From positions 4,650,001-4,714,000 of the forward strand of contig OZ024745.1 of NCBI GenBank assembly GCA_964016885.1: a stretch of DNA of 64,000 nucleotides, given 5' to 3'. The first letter of the stretch is position 1. Every line of letters begins with the position of its first letter. The stretch is from Eledone cirrhosa (Eukaryota). Shown here in pieces: positions 15,001 through 27,482 of this stretch. Under the pieces are notes generated by a model, which was given only the letters and a program-made list of their open reading frames with translations, did no database searches and was not told the DNA's origin. A program made the position numbers and the translations under genes.

Positions 15001-18000
15001 CAAGTCATCTGTTGTTGAGTTCACTTCAAGTCATCTGTTGTTGAGTTCTCTTTATGTCATCTGTTGTTTAGTTCTCTTTATGTCATCTGTTGTTGAGTTC
15101 ACTTCAAGTCATCTGTTATTGAGTTCACTTCAAGTCATCTGTTGTTGAGTTCACTTCAATTCATCTGTTGTTGACTTCACTTCGAGTCATCTGTTGTTGA
15201 GTTCACTTGAAGTCATCTGTTGTTGAGTTCACTTCAAGTCATCTGTTGTTGAGTTCTCTTTATGTCATCTGTTGTTGAGTTCACTTCAAGTCATCTGTTA
15301 TTGAGTTCACTTCAAGTCATCTGTTGTTGAGTTCACTTCAAGTCATCTGTTGTTGAGTTCACTTCAAGTCATCTGTTGTTGAGTTCACTTCAAGTCATCT
15401 GTTGTTGAGTTCACTTCAAATCATCTGTTGTTGAGTTCTCTTTATGTCATCTGTTGTTGAGTTCCCTTCAAGTCATCCGTTGTTGAGTTCTCTTTATGTC
15501 ATCTGTTGTTGAGTTCACTTCAAGTCATCTGTTATTGAGTTCACTTCAAGTCATCTGTTGTTGAGTTCACTTCAAGTCATCTGTTGTTGAGTTCACTTCA
15601 AGTCATCTGTTGTTGAGTTCACTTCAAGTCATCTGTTGTTGAGTTCACTTCGAATCATCTGTTGTTGAGTTCTCTTTATGTCATCTGTTGTTGAGTTCCC
15701 TTCAAGTCATCTGTTGTTGAGTTCTCTTTATGTCATCTGTTGTTTAGTTATCTTTATGTCATCTGTTGTTGAGTTCACTTCAAGTCATCTGTTGTTGAGT
15801 TCCCTTCAAGTCATCTGTTGTTGAGTTCACTTCAAGTCATCTGTTGTTGAATTCTCTTTATGTCATCTGTTGTTGAGTTCTCTTTATGTCATCTGTTGTT
15901 TAGTTATCTTTATGTCATCTGTTGTTGAGTTCACTTCAAGTCATCTGTTGTTGAGTTCCCTTCAAGTCATCTGTTGTTGAGTTCTCTTTATGGCATCTGT
16001 TGTTGAGTTCACTTCAAGACATCTGTTGTTGAGTTCACTTCAAGTCATCTGTTGTTGAGTTCACTTCAAGTCATCTGTTGTTGAGTTCACTTCAAGTCAT
16101 CTGTTGTTGAGTTCTCTTTGTCATCTGTTGTTTAGTTCTCTTTATGTCATATTTTGTTGAGTTCATTTCAAGTCATCTGTTGTTGAGTTCACTTCAAGTC
16201 ATCTGTTGTTCAGTTCACTTCAAGTCATCTGTTGTTGAGTTCACTTCAAGTCATCTGTTGTTGAGTTCTCTTTATGTCATCTGTTGTTGAGTTCTCTTTA
16301 TGTCATCTGTTGTTTAGTTATCTTTATGTCATCTGTTGTTGAGTTCACTTCAAGTCATCTGTTGTTGAGTTCACTTCAAGTCATCTGTTGTAGAGTTCAC
16401 TTCAATTCATCTGTTGTTGAGTTCACTTCAAGTCATCTGTTGTTGAGTTCACTTCAAGTGATCTGTTGTTGAGTTCACTTCAAGTCATCTGTTGTTGAGT
16501 TCACTTTAAGTCATCTGTTGTTGAGTTCTCTTTATGTCACCTGTTGTTGAGTTCTCTTTATGTCATCTGTTGTTTAGTTATCTTTATGTCATCTGTTGTT
16601 GAGTTCTCTTTATGTTATCTGTTGTTGAGTTCACTTCAAGTCATCTGTTGTTGAGTTCACTTCAAGTCATCTGTTGTTGAGTTCACTTCAAGTCATCTGT
16701 TGTTGAGTTCTCTTTATGTCATCTGTTATTTAGTTCTCTTTATGTCATCTGTTGTTGAGTTCACTTCAAGTCATCTGTTGTTGAGTTCACTTCAAGTCAT
16801 CTGTTGTTGAGTTCACTTCAAGTCATCTGTTGTTGAGTTCACTTCAAGTCATCTTTTGTTGAGTTCACTTCAAGTCATCTGTTGTTGAGTTCACTTCAAG
16901 TCATCTGTTGTTGAGTTCACTTCAAGTCATCTGTTGTTGAGTTCTCTTTATGTCATCTGTTGTTGAGTTCTCTTTATGTCATCTGTTGTTTAGTTATCTT
17001 TATGTCATCTGTTGTTGAGTTCACCTTCATGTCATCTGTTGTTGAGTTCACTTCAAGTCATCTGTTGTTGAATTCTCTTTATGTCATCTGTTGTTGAGTT
17101 CTCTTTATGTCATCTGTTGTTGAGTTCCCTTCAAGTCATCTGTTGTTGAGTTCTCTTTATGGCATCTGTAGTTTAGTTCTCTTTATGTCATCTGTTGTTG
17201 AGTTCACTTCATGTCATCTGTTGTTGAGTTCACTTTAAGTCATCTGTTGTTGAGTTCACTTCAAGTCATCTGTTGTTGAGTTCACTTCAAGTCATCTGTT
17301 GTTGAGTTCACTTCAAGTCATCTGTTGTTGAGTTCTCTTTATGTCATCTGTTGTTTAGTTCTCTTTATGTCATCTGTTGTTGAGTTCACTTCAAGTCATC
17401 TGTTGTTGAGTTCACTTCAAGTCATCTGTTGTTGAGTTCACTTCAAGTCATCTGTTGTTGAGTTCTCTTTATGTCATCTGTTGTTGAGTTCTCTTTATGT
17501 CATCTGTTGTTTAGTCATCTTTATGTCATCTGTTGTTGAGTTCACTTCAAGTCATCTGTTGTTGAGTTCACTTCAAGTCATCTGTTGTTGAGTTCACTTC
17601 AAGTTATGTGTTGTTGAGTTCACTTCAAGTCATAAGTTGTTAAGTTCTCTTTAGGTCATCTGTTGTTGAGTTCACTTCAAGTCATCTGTTGTTGAGTTCA
17701 CTTCAAGTCATCTGTTGTTGAGTTCACTTCAAGTCATCTGTTGTTGAGTTCACTTCAAGTCATCTGTTGTTGAGTTCACTTCAAGTCATCTGTTGTTGAA
17801 TTCTCTTTATGTCATCTGTTGTTGAGTTCTCTTTAAGTCATCTGTTGTTTAGTTATCTTTATGTCATCTGTTGTTGAGTTCACTTCAAGTCATCTGTTGT
17901 TGAGTTCACTTCAAGTCATCTGTTGTTGAGTTCACTTCAAGTCATCTGTTGTTGAGTTCTCTTTATGTCATCTGTTGTTTAGTTCTCTTTATGTCATCTG

Positions 18001-21000
18001 TTGTTGAGTTCACTTCAAGTCATCTGTTATTGAGTTCACTTCAAGTCATCTGTTGTTGAGTTCACTTCAAGTCATCTGTTGTTGAGTTCACTTCAAGTCA
18101 TCTGTTGTTGAGTTCACTTCAAGTCATCTGTTGTTGAGTTCACTTCGAATCATCTGTTGTTGGGTTCTCTTTATGTCAGCTGTTGTTGAGTTCCCTTCAA
18201 GTCATCTGTTGTTGAGTTCTCTTTATGTCATCTGTTGTTTAGTTATCTTTATGTCATCTGTTGTTGAGTTCACTTCAAGTCATTTGTTGTTGAGTTCCCT
18301 TCAAGTCATCTGTTGTTGAGTTCACTTCAAGTCATCTGTTGTTGAATTCTCTTTATGTCATCTGTTGTTGAGTTCTCTTTATGTCATCTGTTGTTGAGTT
18401 CTCTTTATGTCATCTGTTGTTGAGTTCACTTCAAGTCATCTGTTGTTGAGTTCCCTTCAAGTCATCTGTTGTTGAGTTCTCTTTATGGCATCTGTTGTTG
18501 AGTTCACTTCAAGACATCTGTTGTTGAGTTCACTTCAAGTCATCTGTTGTTGAGTTCACTTCAAGTCATCTGTTGTTGAGTTCACTTCAAGTCATCTGTT
18601 GTTGAGTTCACTTCAAGTCATCTGTTGTTGACTTCACTTCGAGTCATCTGTTGTTGAGTTCACTTCAAGTCATCTGTTGTTGAGTTCACTTCAAATCATC
18701 TGTTGTTGAGTTCTCTTTATGTCATCTGTTGTTGAGTTCCCTTCAAGTCATCTGTTGTTGAGTTCTCTTTATGTCATCTGTTGTTGAGTTCACTTCAAGT
18801 CATCTGTTATTGAGTTCACTTCAAGTCATCTGTTGTTGAGTTCACTTCAAGTCATCTGTTGTTGAGTTCACTTCAAGTCATCTGTTGTTGAGTTCACTTC
18901 AAGTCATCTGTTGTTGAGTTCACTTCGAATCATCTGTTGTTGAGTTCTCTTTATGTCATCTGTTGTTGAGTTCCCTTCAAGTCATCTGTTGTTGAGTTCT
19001 CTTTATGTCATCTGTTGTTTAGTTATCTTTATGTCATCTGTTGTTGAGTTCACTTCAAGTCATCTGTTGTTGAGTTCCCTTCAAGTCATCTGTTGTTGAG
19101 TTCTCTTTATGGCATCTGTTGTTGAGTTCACTTCAAGACATCTGTTGTTGAGTTCACTTCAAGTCATCTGTTGTTGAGTTCACTTCAAGTCATCTGTTGT
19201 TGAGTTCACTTCAAGTCATCTGTTGTTGAGTTCTCTTTGTCATCTGTTGTTTAGTTCTCTTTATGTCATCTTTTGTTGAGTTCATTTCAAGTCATCTGTT
19301 GTCGAGTTCACTTCAAGTCATCTGTTGTTGAGTTCACTTCAAGTCATCTGTTGTTGAGTTCACTTCAAGTCATCTGTTGTTGAGTTCTCTTTATGTCATC
19401 TGTTGTTGAGTTCTCTTTATGTCATCTGTTGTTTAGTTATCTTTATGTCATCTGTTGTTGAGTTCACTTCAAGTCATCTGTTGTTGAGTTCACTTCAAGT
19501 CATCTGTTGTAGAGTTCACTTCAATTCATCTGTTGTTGAGTTCACTTCAAGTCATCTGTTGTTGAGTTGACTTCAAGTCATCTGTTGTTGAGTTCACTTC
19601 AAGTCATCTGTTGTTGAGTTCACTTCAAGTGATCTGTTGTTGAGTTCACTTCAAGTCATCTGTTGTTGAGTTCACTTTAAGTCATCTGTTGTTGAGTTCT
19701 CTTTATGTCACCTGTTGTTGAGTTCTCTTTATGTCATCTGTTGTTTAGTTATCTTTATGTCATCTGTTGTTGAGTTCACTTCAAGTCATCTGTTGTAGAG
19801 TTCACTTCAAGTCATCTGTTGTTGAGTTCACTTCAAGTCATCTGTTGTTGAGTTCTCTTTATGTCATCTGTTGTTTAGTTATCTTTGTGTCATCTGTTGT
19901 TGAGCTCACTCCAAGTCATCTGTTGTTGAGTTCACTTCAAGTCATCTGTTGTTGAGTTCACTTCAAGTCATCTGTTGTTGAGTTCTCTTTATGTCATTTG
20001 TTGTTTAGTTCTCTTTATGTCATCTGTTGTTGAGTTCACTTCAAGTCAGCTGTTGTTGAGTTCACTTCAAGTCATCTGTTTTTGAGTTCACTTCAAGTCA
20101 TCTGTTGTTGAGTTCTCTTTATGTCATCTGTTATTTAGTTCTCTTTATGTCATCTGTTGTTGAGTTCACTTCAAGTCATCTGTTGTTGAGTTCATTTCAA
20201 GTCATCTGTTGTTGAGTTCACTTCAAATCATCTGTTGTTGAGTTCACTTCAAGTCATCTGTTGTTGAGTTCACTTCAAGTCATCTGTTGTTGAGTTCACT
20301 TCAAGTCATCTGTTGTTGAGTTCACTTCAAGTCATCTGTTGTTGAGTTCTCTTTATGTCATCTGTTGTTGAGTTCTCTTCATGTCATCTGTTGTTTAGTT
20401 ATCTTTATGTCATCTGTTGTTGAGTTCACCTTCATGTCATCTGTTGTTGAGTTCACTTCACGTCATCTGTTGTTGAATTCTCTTTATGTCATCTGTTGTT
20501 GAGTTCTCTTTATGTCATCTGTTGTTGAGTTCCCTTTAAGTCATCTGTTGTTGAGTTCACTTCAAGTCATCTGTTGTTGAGTTCACTTCAAGTCATCTGT
20601 TGTTGAGTTCACTTCAAGTCATCTGTTGTTGAGTTCTCTTTATGTCATCTGTTGTTTAGTTCTCTTTATGTCATCTGTTGTTGAGTTCACTTCAAGTCAT
20701 CTGTTGTTGAGTTCACTTCAAGTCATCTGTTGTTGAGTTCACTTCAAGTCATCTGTTGTTGAGTTCTCTTTATGTCATCTGTTGTTGAGTTCTCTTTATG
20801 TCATCTGTTGTTTAGTCATCTTTATGTCATCTGTTGTTGAGTTCACTTCAAGTCATCTGTTGTTGAGTTCACTTCAAGTCATCTGTTGTTGAGTTCACTT
20901 CAAGTTATGTGTTGTTGAGTTCACTTCAAGTCATAAGTTGTTAAGTTCTCTTTAGGTCATCTGTTGTTGAGTTCACTTCAAGTCATCTGTTGTTGAGTTC

Positions 21001-22635
21001 ACTTCAAGTCATCTGTTGTTGAGTTCACTTCAAGTCATCTGTTGTTGAGTTCACTTCAAGTCATCTGTTGTTGAGTTCACTTCAAGTCATCTGTTGTTGA
21101 ATTCTCTTTATGTCATCTGTTGTTGAGTTCTCTTTATGTCATCTGTTGTTTAGTTATCTTTATGTCATCTGTTGTTGAGTTCACTTCAAGTCATCTGTTG
21201 TTGAGTTCACTTCAAGTCATCTGTTGTTGAGTTCACTTCAAGTCATCTGTCGTTGAGTTCTCTTTATGTCATCTGTTGTTTAGTTCTCTTTATGTCATCT
21301 GTTGTTGAGTTCACTTCAAGTCATCTGTTATTGAGTTCACTTCAAGTCATCTGTTGTTGAGTTCACTTCAAGTCATCTGTTGTTGAGTTCACTTCAAGTC
21401 ATCTGTTGTTGAGTTCACTTCAAGTCATCTGTTGTAGAGTTCACTTCGAATCATCTGTTGTTGAGTTCTCTTTATGTCAGCTGTTGTTGAGTTCCCTTCA
21501 AGTCATCTGTTGTTGAGTTCTCTTTATGTCATCTGTTGTTGAGTTCACTTCAAGTCATTTGTTGTTGAGTTCTCTTCAAGTCATCTGTTGTTGAGTTCAC
21601 TTCAAGTCATCTGTTGTTGAATTCTCTTTATGTCATCTGTTGTTGAGTTCTCTATATGTCATCTGTTGTTGAGTTCTCTTTATGTCATCTGTTGTTGAGT
21701 TCACTTCAAGTCATCTGTTGTTGAGTTCCCTTCAAGTCATCTGTTGTTGAGTTCTCTTTATGGCATCTGTTGTTGAGTTCACTTCAAGACATCTGTTGTT
21801 GAGTTCACTTCAAGTCATCTGTTGTTGAGTTCACTTCAAGTCATCTGTTGTTGAGTTCACTTCAAGTCATCTGTTGTTGAGTTCTCTTTATGTCATCTGT
21901 TGTTGAGTTCACTTCAAGACATCTGTTGTTGAGTTCACTTCAAGTCATCTGTTGTTGAGTTCACTTCAAGTCATCTGTTGTAGAGTTCACTTCAATTCAT
22001 CTGTTGTTGAGTTCACTTCAAGTCATCTGTTGTTGAGTTCACTTCAAGTCATCTGTTGTTGAGTTCACTTCAAGTCATCTGTTGTTGAGTTCACTTCAAG
22101 TGATCTGTTGTTGAGTTCACTTCAAGTCATCTGTTGTTGAGTTCACTTTAAGTCATCTGTTGTTGAGTTGTCTTTATGTCACCTGTTGTTGAGTTCTCTT
22201 TATGTCATCTGTTGTTTAGTTATCTTTATGTCATCTGTTGTTGAATTCACTTCAAGTCATCTGCTGTTGAGTTCACTTCAAATCATCTGTTGTTGAGTTA
22301 TCTTTATGTCATCTGTTGTTGAGTTCCCTTCAAGTCATCTGTTGTTGAATTCTCTTTATGTCATCTGTTGTTGAGTTCACTTCAAGACATCTGTTGTTGA
22401 GTTCACTTCAAGTCATCTGTTGTTGATTTCACTTCAAGTCATCTGTTGTTGAGTTCTCTTTATGTCATCTGTTGTTTAGTTATCTTTATGTCATCTGTTG
22501 TTGAGTTCTCTTTATGTCATATGTTGTTGAGTTCTCTTTAAGTCATATCTTGTTGAGTTCACTTCAAGTCATCTGTTGTTGAGTTCTCTTTAAGTCATCT
22601 GTTGTTGAGTTCTCTTCAAGTCATCTGTTGTTGAG
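1..22635. repeat. 26-bp satellite array, ~870 monomers, runs off the left edge
   Basis: Monomer GTCATCTGTTGTTGAGTTCACTTCAA alternates with variants ...GAGTTCTCTTTAT and ...TTTAGTTMTCTTTAT. kb-scale internal duplications are present. ORF-track hits here are repeat artefacts. Confidence 0.98.
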
Positions 22636-22924
22636 ATTTTTCGTTACTTTGGTCCTCCATAAAACCTGGAGGGGTGCATCCCACTTTATTGAGGAAGAAG
22701 CCCTGCAAGGGGGAATGGCTGATGCAGTGAGTGCCACTGGCTTTTCTTCACAGAAATGTCTTCACCCTTTGAGATATACCACCTAAACTGTCTCTAGCCT
22801 ATTAATATTAGTTCCAGGGTTATTGTTCCAACTAAATTGTATTAATTTAATTAATTTCTTCATTCCTACAATGTTTATCCTCATTTGTGTGTTGCTTTCG
22901 ATTGTAGCAATTTTCCTGTCCCAT

Positions 22925-23262
22925 ATCTCTATATAGAGCTTGGACAAATTGAGGGAGAATCTGAGTTTAAGTAGAATCTGAGATGGTGTGCAGGAGAGAA
23001 GACTGTGTTGGTCTGGACATGTGATGTGCATGGACAATGATTGTTGGGTGAAGAAGTGGCAGGAAATGCCTATGGAAGGAAGCCACGATAGAAGTAGATC
23101 AAGAAAAACTTGGGCAGAGGTTGTGAGAGCAGACCTCAAATCACTGACACTCACAAACGAGATGACAAAGGATCACAATGAATGGAGAGATACCGTGCTG
23201 AGAAGGATCTGTTCAACCCATGCTAGCATGGACAAATGGATATAAGAATGATAATGATGATG
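22925..23262 (+). mobile_element. RTE-clade LINE 3' fragment (degenerate)
   Basis: Translates QERRLCWSGHVMCM...SRKTWAEVVRADLKSL, homologous to the C-terminus of the 36848-38203 ORF. Ends in CCATGCTAGCATGG and a (GAT)n tail. Confidence 0.9.
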
Positions 23263-23267
23263 AGTGG

Positions 23268-23383
23268 ATATATATCATAAATGCACAATAGAGCAGGCCA
23301 GCCAAGATATATATCATAAATGCACAACAGAGCAGTCCAGCCAAGATATATATTATAAATGACAATAGAGCAGGCCAGCCAAG
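23268..23383. repeat. 39-bp tandem repeat, ~3 copies
   Basis: ATATATATCATAAATGCACAATAGAGCAGGCCAGCCAAG repeated. Confidence 0.85.
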
Positions 23384-23571
23384 CACTATTATATAAATTT
23401 GGTTTAACAGTTGAGTGAGGTTCATAATTGTATTGATTCTATATATCTGTGGACAGGTGGTGAATATATGACTCCTAAAGAGTTGTTTCAATACAACTGA
23501 AGCTCGTTAGGCCAATCCTCATCTTTTGTTTTCTTTTTCTGTACATGAAGAAATTATAAAGGCATCTGTTT

Positions 23572-23710
23572 TTACCAGCTGAGTGGACTGGAGCAACATG
23601 AAATAAAGAGTCTTGCTCAAGGACACAACATACCACTAGGAATCAAATTCACAACCTGATCACCCTAACCTCTGAAGTTCATGAGCCAACCACCCTAACC
23701 TCTGAGCCAC
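23572..23710 (-). mobile_element. tRNA-derived SINE fragment
   Basis: Minus strand begins GTGGCTCAGAGGTTAGGG (A-box-like) with a GAATTTGATTCC B-box-like motif, followed by TTGTGTCCTTGAGCAAGAC. Confidence 0.65.
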
Positions 23711-23740
23711 ATTCTTTACACTAAATGTATATATATATAT

Positions 23741-23859
23741 ATATTTATTAAAATAACAGATTAAAGTTTAAGCAAAGAATCTCTGCTTTCAGAAGATCCC
23801 GTTAAGGGTGAAAGCAGTGATTCTTTGCTTAAATTTTAATCTGTTATTTTAATAAATAT
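23741..23859. repeat. ~51-bp inverted repeat with 17-bp loop (probable Penelope pLTR remnant)
   Basis: Arms 23741-23791 and 23809-23859 are reverse complements with 2 mismatches. Flanked by (TA)n. Confidence 0.85.
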
Positions 23860-24617
23860 TTGCTCTACGGTTCTTATATATTTGATATATATTTATCCTT
23901 ATCGAGCCCTCTTTGGATTTTAGTCTTCAAATTTATTATTATTATTATATATATATATGTATGTGTGTGTTTAAAAGAAAACACCTTACTCAGCTCGGTT
24001 TCTTTTTTTAATTTTAATGTGTTTTAAATTTTAAATTAGGAGAAAATATTGTAAACAACAAAAATATCAAATAAGATATGTTTACAAGAGTTTGAAAGTC
24101 GTAAAAAGCCAGGAAACTTTTAGCTTGATGAAAGTTCTCTGTGATGAAAGAATCTCTATAAAACATTTTACCTCTTTCATGTTTGTAATTATTACAGTAA
24201 ATAATTCACACAAGTTGGAAAGTATATTTCTATTTAGGGATTAAATTTTTTACAGTTCCTTCTTCTTTTCATTTGTACTTACTTTTCATTTTCTTCTTAT
24301 TTTTTTTCTTTCCTATATCTTGTAAGGATCAAAAGACTTTGTTATTGATTCCATAAGAAGCAGGTTTATTCATACACCAGTTTCTTCTACAGCAGATCAT
24401 TAATCAATACTGAATTGAACCAGCAAGGGAGCTTTTTAAAAATAAGTCACCCGGACTGCTAAGTCAGAAAGGTAAAAGTTGTTTTCCAATCTCTTCTTTG
24501 AGAGTTGGAACTCACTGAGTCGTTACCTCTGCAACCTTTCTATCAGATATTCCTTACATCAATGGAACTCTTTGGAATGGTATCCCTAAAATTAAACTTT
24601 ACCTTCAACAGCTCAGA

Positions 24618-24810
24618 CTACCACCACCACCACCACTACCACCATAACCCCCCATAACCCCCCCCACTACCCCCCCCACATCACACCACCACCACAACCC
24701 CCCACACCACCACACCACCACAACCACCACCACCACACCACCCACACCACAACCCCCCGCCCCATCACCATAACCACCACTACCACCATACTATCCATAC
24801 ACCCCCCACT
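24618..24810. repeat. Degenerate (CCA)n / C-rich simple repeat
   Basis: Direct reading. Confidence 0.85.
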
Positions 24811-25191
24811 CTTCCTTTCAATCTCTCACTTCCTCAACCTCACTCTCTACCATTCTCTAGAAGAAGAAGAGAGATGGGTTCTGCCAGGTATAAAATCCCC
24901 AAGAACCACCATATGTCACTACGGTGCCTCAACAACTCCATCAGGAGTTACGGGACAATACCATTAAAGTCAGCTCTCTTTACTGAGTTCAAATCCCACT
25001 GAGGCCAACAAGTAGTGGGGCTAATCAAAAGGATATGTAGCTCCAAACAAAACTGAATAAATTAATTTTGTTTATTTAATGGTAGCAGGTCTGGTATTTA
25101 GAGTATATTGAGACATCAGTAAATACCACACATAATCCTGTCATTGAAGACTTAGAAATCTGTGTATGATTTGGTCCTGTAACTCCTGGTC

Positions 25192-26152
25192 CATATATGG
25201 TAGGGTCCTTAACTCCTTCTAGGGACATAATACTGACATATATGGTAGGGTCCTAGGGTTGTTAGGACACCATACTGACATATATGGTAGGGTCCTAGGG
25301 TTGTTAGGACACCATACTGACATATATGGTAGGGTCCTTAACTTCTTCTAGGGACACCATACTGACATATATGGTAGGGTCCTAGGGTTGTTAGGACACC
25401 ATACTGACATATATGGTAGGGTCCTTAACTTCTTCTAGGGACACCATACTGACATATATGGTAGGGTCCTAGGGTTGTTAGGACACCATACTGACATATA
25501 TGGTAGGGTCCTTAACTCCTTCTAGGGACATAATACTGACATATATGGTAGGGTCCTTAACTTCTTCTAGGGACACCATATTGACATATATGGTAGGGTC
25601 CTTAACTTCTTCTAGGGACACCATACTGACATATATGGTAGGGTCCTTAACTTCTTCTAGGGACACCATACTGACATATATGGTAGGTCCTTAACTCCTT
25701 CTAGGGACACCATATTGACATATATGGTAGGGTCCTTAACTTCTTCTAGGGACACCATACTGACATATATGGTAGGTCCTTAACTCCTAGGGACACCATA
25801 TTGACATATATGGTAGGGTCCTTAACTTCTTCTAGGGACACCATACTGACATATATGGTAGGTCCTTAACTCCTAGGGACACCATATTGACATATATGGT
25901 AGGGTCCTTAACTTCTTCTAGGGACACCATACTGACATATATGGTAGGTCCTTAACTCCTAGGGACACCATATTGACATATATGGTAGGGTCCTTAACTT
26001 CTTCTAGGGACACCATACTGACATATATGGTAGGTCCTTAACTCCTAGGGACACCATATTGACATATATGGTAGGGTCCTTAACTTCTTCTAGGGACACC
26101 ATACTGACATATATGGTAGGTCCTTAACTCCTAGGGACACCATATTAACATA
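25192..26152. repeat. Minisatellite with 45/42/41-bp unit variants
   Basis: Constant GACACCATACTGACATATATGGTAGG(G)TCCT plus a variable segment. The 3' half alternates 45 and 41 bp (86-bp higher order). Confidence 0.95.
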
Positions 26153-26264
26153 CTGTGTTTCTGGGGCATTTTAAACCTGACAGAACCCATCTCCTCTCCA
26201 GGTCTGAATACAGTCAATTTCTTCCAGAGAAATATAGAAAGAAGCTAATGTAGAGGAAGAAACA

Positions 26265-26400
26265 ACCCCAGTAGTAAACTGGTACTTTATTTATTGACCT
26301 TGAAAGGATGAAAGGCAAAGTTGACCTCAGCAGGATTTGAAGTGAGAGAGCAGAGGGCCAGAACACTAAGTATTCGTTCTAACTCTGCCAATTCACTGCC
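26265..26400 (-). mobile_element. SINE with conserved CTTTCATCCTTT..GGTC(G/A)ATAAA core (Deu/Nin-like domain)
   Basis: ACTGGTACTTTATTTATTGACCTTGAAAGGATGAAAGGCAAAGTTGACCTC. The same core recurs near 41440, 46700, 50060, 55140 and, degraded, 39230. Confidence 0.8.
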
Positions 26401-26546
26401 TCTGTTGCTATTGAATCCTACATCATTTGAATTATTGTGAAAAACACAGAATACAATAAATATCTGAAAGCAACAGAAAAACAAATGAATTGATTAATTC
26501 TGTATAAGAATGTTTTAGTCTGGGTTGAAATTAGTAATTTGGGTTA

Positions 26547-27292
26547 AGAGAGAGAGTGTGGGAGGGGTGGGTTGAGAGAGGGGTGGGAGTGGGAGATGGG
26601 TGGGAGTGAGGGAGGGATGGGAGTGAGGAAGGGTGGGATTGAGGGAGGGGTGGGAGTAAGAGAAGGGGTGGGGAGTGAGAGAGGGTGGGATTGAGAGAGT
26701 GTGGGAGTGAGAGTGGGTGGGAGTGAGAGGGGGTGGGGAATGAGAGAGGGTGGGAGTGAGAGGGGGTGGGGAGTGAGAGAGGGTGGGAGTGAGATGGGGG
26801 TGGGAGTGAGATGGGGTGGGGAGTGAGAGAGGGTGTGAGTGAGAGGGGGTGGGAGTGGGATGGGGTGGGGAGTGAGAGAGGGTGGGAATGAGAGGGGGTG
26901 AGGAGTGAGAGAGGATGGGAGTGAGAAGGTGAGGAGTGAGAGAGGGTGAGAGTGAGAGGGGGTGGGAGTGAGGGGTGGTGGGGAGTGAGGGAGGGTGGGA
27001 GTGAGTGGGGCGGGAGTGAGAGAGGGGTGGGAGTGATAGAAGTGGGGAGTGAGAGAGGGTGAGAATGAGAGGAGGTGGGAGTGAGAGGGGGTGGGGAGTG
27101 AGGGAGGGTGGGAGTGAGATGGGGTGGGGAGTGAGAGAGGGTTGGAGTGAGAGGGGTGGGGAGTGAGAGTGGGGTGGGAGTGAGAGAGGTGGGGAGTGAG
27201 AGAGGTGGGGAGTGAGAGGGGTGGGGGAGTGAGAGAGGGTGAGAGTGAGAGGGGGTGGGAGTGAGAGGGGGTGGGGAGTGAGAGAGGGGGAG
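26547..27292 (+). repeat. G-rich purine repeat (GGGAGTGAGA-like)
   Basis: Hundreds of bp of GGGGTGGGAGTGAGAG. The Pro/Ser/His ORF on the minus strand is an artefact. Confidence 0.95.
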
Positions 27293-27353
27293 GCAACGTG
27301 AGTCTAAAACATTTGTATTGCAATTTTAATCTAATAGGAAAACTTTAATTAAA

Positions 27354-27482
27354 ATGGTGGTGGTGGCGGTGGCGGTGGTTGTGATGATGGTGATGGTGGT
27401 GGCGGTGGTGGTGGTTGTGATGATGGTGGCGGCGGTGGTGGTGGTTGTGATGATGGTGATGGTGGCGGCGGTGGTGATGGTG
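27354..27482. repeat. (GGT/GAT)n microsatellite
   Basis: Direct reading. Confidence 0.9.

Noticed and set aside
35-19955. 62-aa ORFs inside the 26-bp satellite
   Set aside because: Chance loss of stops in a non-triplet repeat.
25192-26152. CRISPR-like constant repeat plus variable segment
   Set aside because: The variable parts are 3-4 recurring variants rather than unique spacers; eukaryotic context; no cas genes.
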